Positions 61,119 through 64,000 of a stretch of DNA of 64,000 nucleotides are shown here, piece by piece. The stretch covers positions 1-64,000 of the forward strand of contig JAAILG010000802.1 of assembly GCA_012026655.1 (NCBI GenBank). The letters are read 5' to 3'. This DNA is from Hydrolagus affinis. Lineage: Eukaryota. The position numbers and the translations under genes were made by a program. Numbering within the stretch: position 1 is the stretch's first letter; the number at the start of each line of letters is the position of its first letter. Under the pieces are notes generated by a model. That model saw only the letters and a program-made list of their open reading frames with translations. It did not search any database and was not told the DNA's origin.

Positions 61119-63653
61119 TCTCAACAACAGTATTAAACATCTACATAAAAGTGTCTACATGACACTGTACATCAATTTAAACTCCAGGTTCACTTTCCCC
61201 CTGATTGTTTTTGATCCACTCTCTTGAACACCAATATATGTTTGACTGTGTTCTTAGCAAATTTCATGCAGAAATAGTATTTATTGTAAAGTTATAGCAT
61301 AGAAAGGTCACCCAAGCCCTATTCTGAGGCAATGATAAAACCATAAGATATACATTTTTAAAGGATATAAAGTAAGTAATTACATGGCAATGCATCGTGA
61401 TGAAATCTACTTATGAGAAAGCCTTAAAGACATCAGGAAACCTAGAAAAAAAGACTGTTCTTCCCATCTAACTCACTCCTTCCACTGTCCATACATGTCT
61501 ATCATTGAATTCCCCTGTCTAATTCTCTAACCTCAACAATTGCTGATTTTCTTCCTTGCTTCATTGTAATCATAAAGGAATCCTATCCCAGTAACTACGT
61601 AACGACAACGTGCATTTATATAGTGCCCCTCACACAGGGTAGCAACCCAGAGTACTTAAGTATCCCTCACTCTTCAGACAGTATCCCTCACTTTCCTTTC
61701 TGAACCGGTGTTCATTCATATGTCTTCACATAGGTCAATTTTCCAAGAATTAACAGTTTTTCACAGTCGCAATCTATATACAGTATATATATTATTGTGG
61801 CTTTTATTTTGGGGGAGGGAAGGAATTGCAAATCTCTAATCCTGTTTGGAAGCTTGTGAATGAAGCACTCCAATCCTAGGCTCACAGTACATATTAAGTA
61901 ACCTGCTTTCCTCACTCCACCTTTTCATACTTCTAACCACCTGAGTCATGCCTCACTTCATTTTTAGTTTCTTCAGCAAATGGGTCCTGAATCATTTCAT
62001 TTTCTTCATAAGGATTCTGACCACAAGCCTGTGCAAGGCAGTGCTTTACTACAGCTATCATTCTTTTCCTTACCAATAATAAAGCATTCAGGTAAATGGG
62101 ATTATAAAAATGTTTCTGTGGGTTAGGACAAAGGGTTGGTACATGACTCCAACACTCCCACCCTGGATCTTTGAAAGTACTCAGAAACTTCTCAGATGAG
62201 CAGTGCAGTGTATAACACAAGCAGCAACTGTAATAACAACAACAAATTACACTTGTATAGCACCTTTCACATTGGGAGGACTGTGAGAGCTGTGAGACAA
62301 GTGGATGAGATTTCCATCTCCATTATCACATCAAGCGCATTATGAAACATCGCAAATTTTACCCCAGGCAATGAAATAAAATGTGATGTCGTTAGTTCAC
62401 ACCACCAAGTGGTCCTCCTAGCTTGTCTGTTGAATCCTATCTTGTCTTCTTGACATCCTTTTTTGTACATCCTGCCAAGTTTTTCTCTTCATCAAGCTAG
62501 AATTGTATTCAACCATATTGTTATTTCCTCCCTTTCCTGCTTCCTGCTGTGTGAATTGGAAGGATTCACTCTCCGCCAAAGATCACTGCTCCTCTCCACA
62601 GTAACTCACTGACAATAAGGGCCACCCCCAATTTAGCTAAGCACAGCTTTCTCCTTTCCTGTGATATGAGCTGGAAATATTCCAATCAACCATCTGGATT
62701 ACTGACTACCTGGTAGTCCATAAGAGGCAAGAGACTGTAAATGTTTAAACTGTGCTAGTTGCATCTGAGTGTTCATTCGATACGAAGATTTACGAATGGT
62801 GATAAATGAAGAATATGTCACGTTCTCATGCGGGCAAGACTTTTCCAAGCAAATAAATGTGTGCAGGTACTGTGCAGGTACGGAGCCAGAATAATTCCCC
62901 CCAAGATTCGTAAAGGTTGAGAGAATACAATTTTCTAAAATAGCTCATACAAGAAAGAGCCACTATTCAAAATGTGTTAATAAAGGCTATAAATGTAGCA
63001 GTTAAATCTGAATATCTTCATCCCCTCTGGTATATTCCCAAGTGATTCCATAGGTTTGGCATCAAGAAGATCTCATGTAATACTTGAGCCAGCTATTTCA
63101 ACAGTTGTACAATAGTCTTGGTTCCTGGACTCATTTTCTCAGGGTTTCAGGTATCGGTGTTCAAGACCTTTAGAAAAGTACTGTACAAAGCTTTCTGGCA
63201 AACAGATTAAGTCTTAGGCCAAACTTAATTTCCTGAAATGTTTTCATTTTGCAAGTTATCAATACCAAAAATGTTAAATTACAATGATAATGGAACTTAA
63301 GGGTGCAATTCTCTGATTGTCAGTAAATTTACCAACCTTGACATTTGAGTTTTCTGGATGCTGAAACTGTCTGTGTTATATGCAGTTCATATGTCATGGA
63401 CTTTGACAATGTATAATTATAATGGGCAAATCAAATTCCATCACAAGCCAACCTGGTCAATACAGCTACTCCAACAGGAAGTTCAGCCCCAGATTCTTTG
63501 CTATTGGGTTGTGAGAACTTAGGGAACCAAAACAGAATGTTGCACTAGTTACCAAATGTTGGCAAATCTTTTAAGTACCCTATTTGCATACCTTTTAATA
63601 CATAAAATGCAAACTGGAAGATGGTACAAAAGTCTTCATTCTCCATCTCTCTA

Positions 63654-63690
63654 TGGAGTCCTGTAGCTCAGCGATTAGAGCACTTGCCTT
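63654..63690 (+). mobile_element. SINE head fragment
   Basis: TGGAGTCCTGTAGCTCAGCGATTAGAGCACTTGCCTTA. Confidence 0.8.
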
Positions 63691-64000
63691 AAAGAAGGCC
63701 CTTTGGCTCATCCAATTTCACACCTCAAGAACACCCACCATATCATTCCTCCTCTATCACTGTATCAAGCTGCTTTATAAATGAGTCCAATGTTCTGGCC
63801 CAATCACTGTTTTGGCAACCTGTTTCAGTTGTTGATTACCCACAATGTAAAGAAAAACTATTACCACTAATAATCCTTGACATTGATATAGCATCTTTCA
63901 CACTGTTGCGATGCCTCAAAGAGCTTCACTGGATATATCGTAAAGTGGAGTGACTGTCAGCAAAACATCTTGGTACATGCCTGTGAGATGATAAAGGCAT

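Noticed and set aside
1-64000. Adjacent CDK6 exons (FEHVDQDL... and VVTLWYRAPE...), CRISPR arrays, prokaryotic operons or defence systems
   Set aside because: I did not find the neighbouring exon motifs by eye (short exons could be missed; TBLASTN would settle it). There is no regular repeat-spacer array, and the sequence is vertebrate intronic DNA.

Overview
This is eukaryotic (vertebrate) genomic DNA, not a microbial locus. The repeat content (tRNA-head SINEs with Deu-type tails, L2 and CR1 LINE fragments, LF-SINE-like relics) suggests a cartilaginous fish, probably a holocephalan such as elephant shark; that assignment is inference. The only protein-coding sequence I can support is one 168-nt, phase 0-0 exon of CDK6 (28707-28874, + strand; HRD, DFG and T-loop). 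I found no neighbouring CDK6 exon, so the rest (28.7 kb upstream, 35 kb downstream) is most likely its flanking introns. These are filled with retroposon fragments and at least five small non-autonomous DNA transposons with visible TIRs/TSDs (two hAT-type, three or more Tigger/pogo-type). Nearly all ORFs in the supplied track are chance ORFs or decayed LINE ORF2 pieces. I found no convincing new multi-gene system. The best second-look items are a CpG-intact hAT MITE resembling teleost elements, an unnamed ~500-bp ancient repeat forming a 1.4-kb inverted pair, a Tigger element retaining a Jerky-like N-terminus plus a composite second copy, a longer SINE variant with a CORE-like segment, LF-SINE-like relics, and repeat-free motif-dense candidate enhancers. 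Exon, TIR/TSD and gap coordinates were counted by hand; boundaries of decayed repeats are approximate, and family names come from recalled consensus sequences, not database searches.
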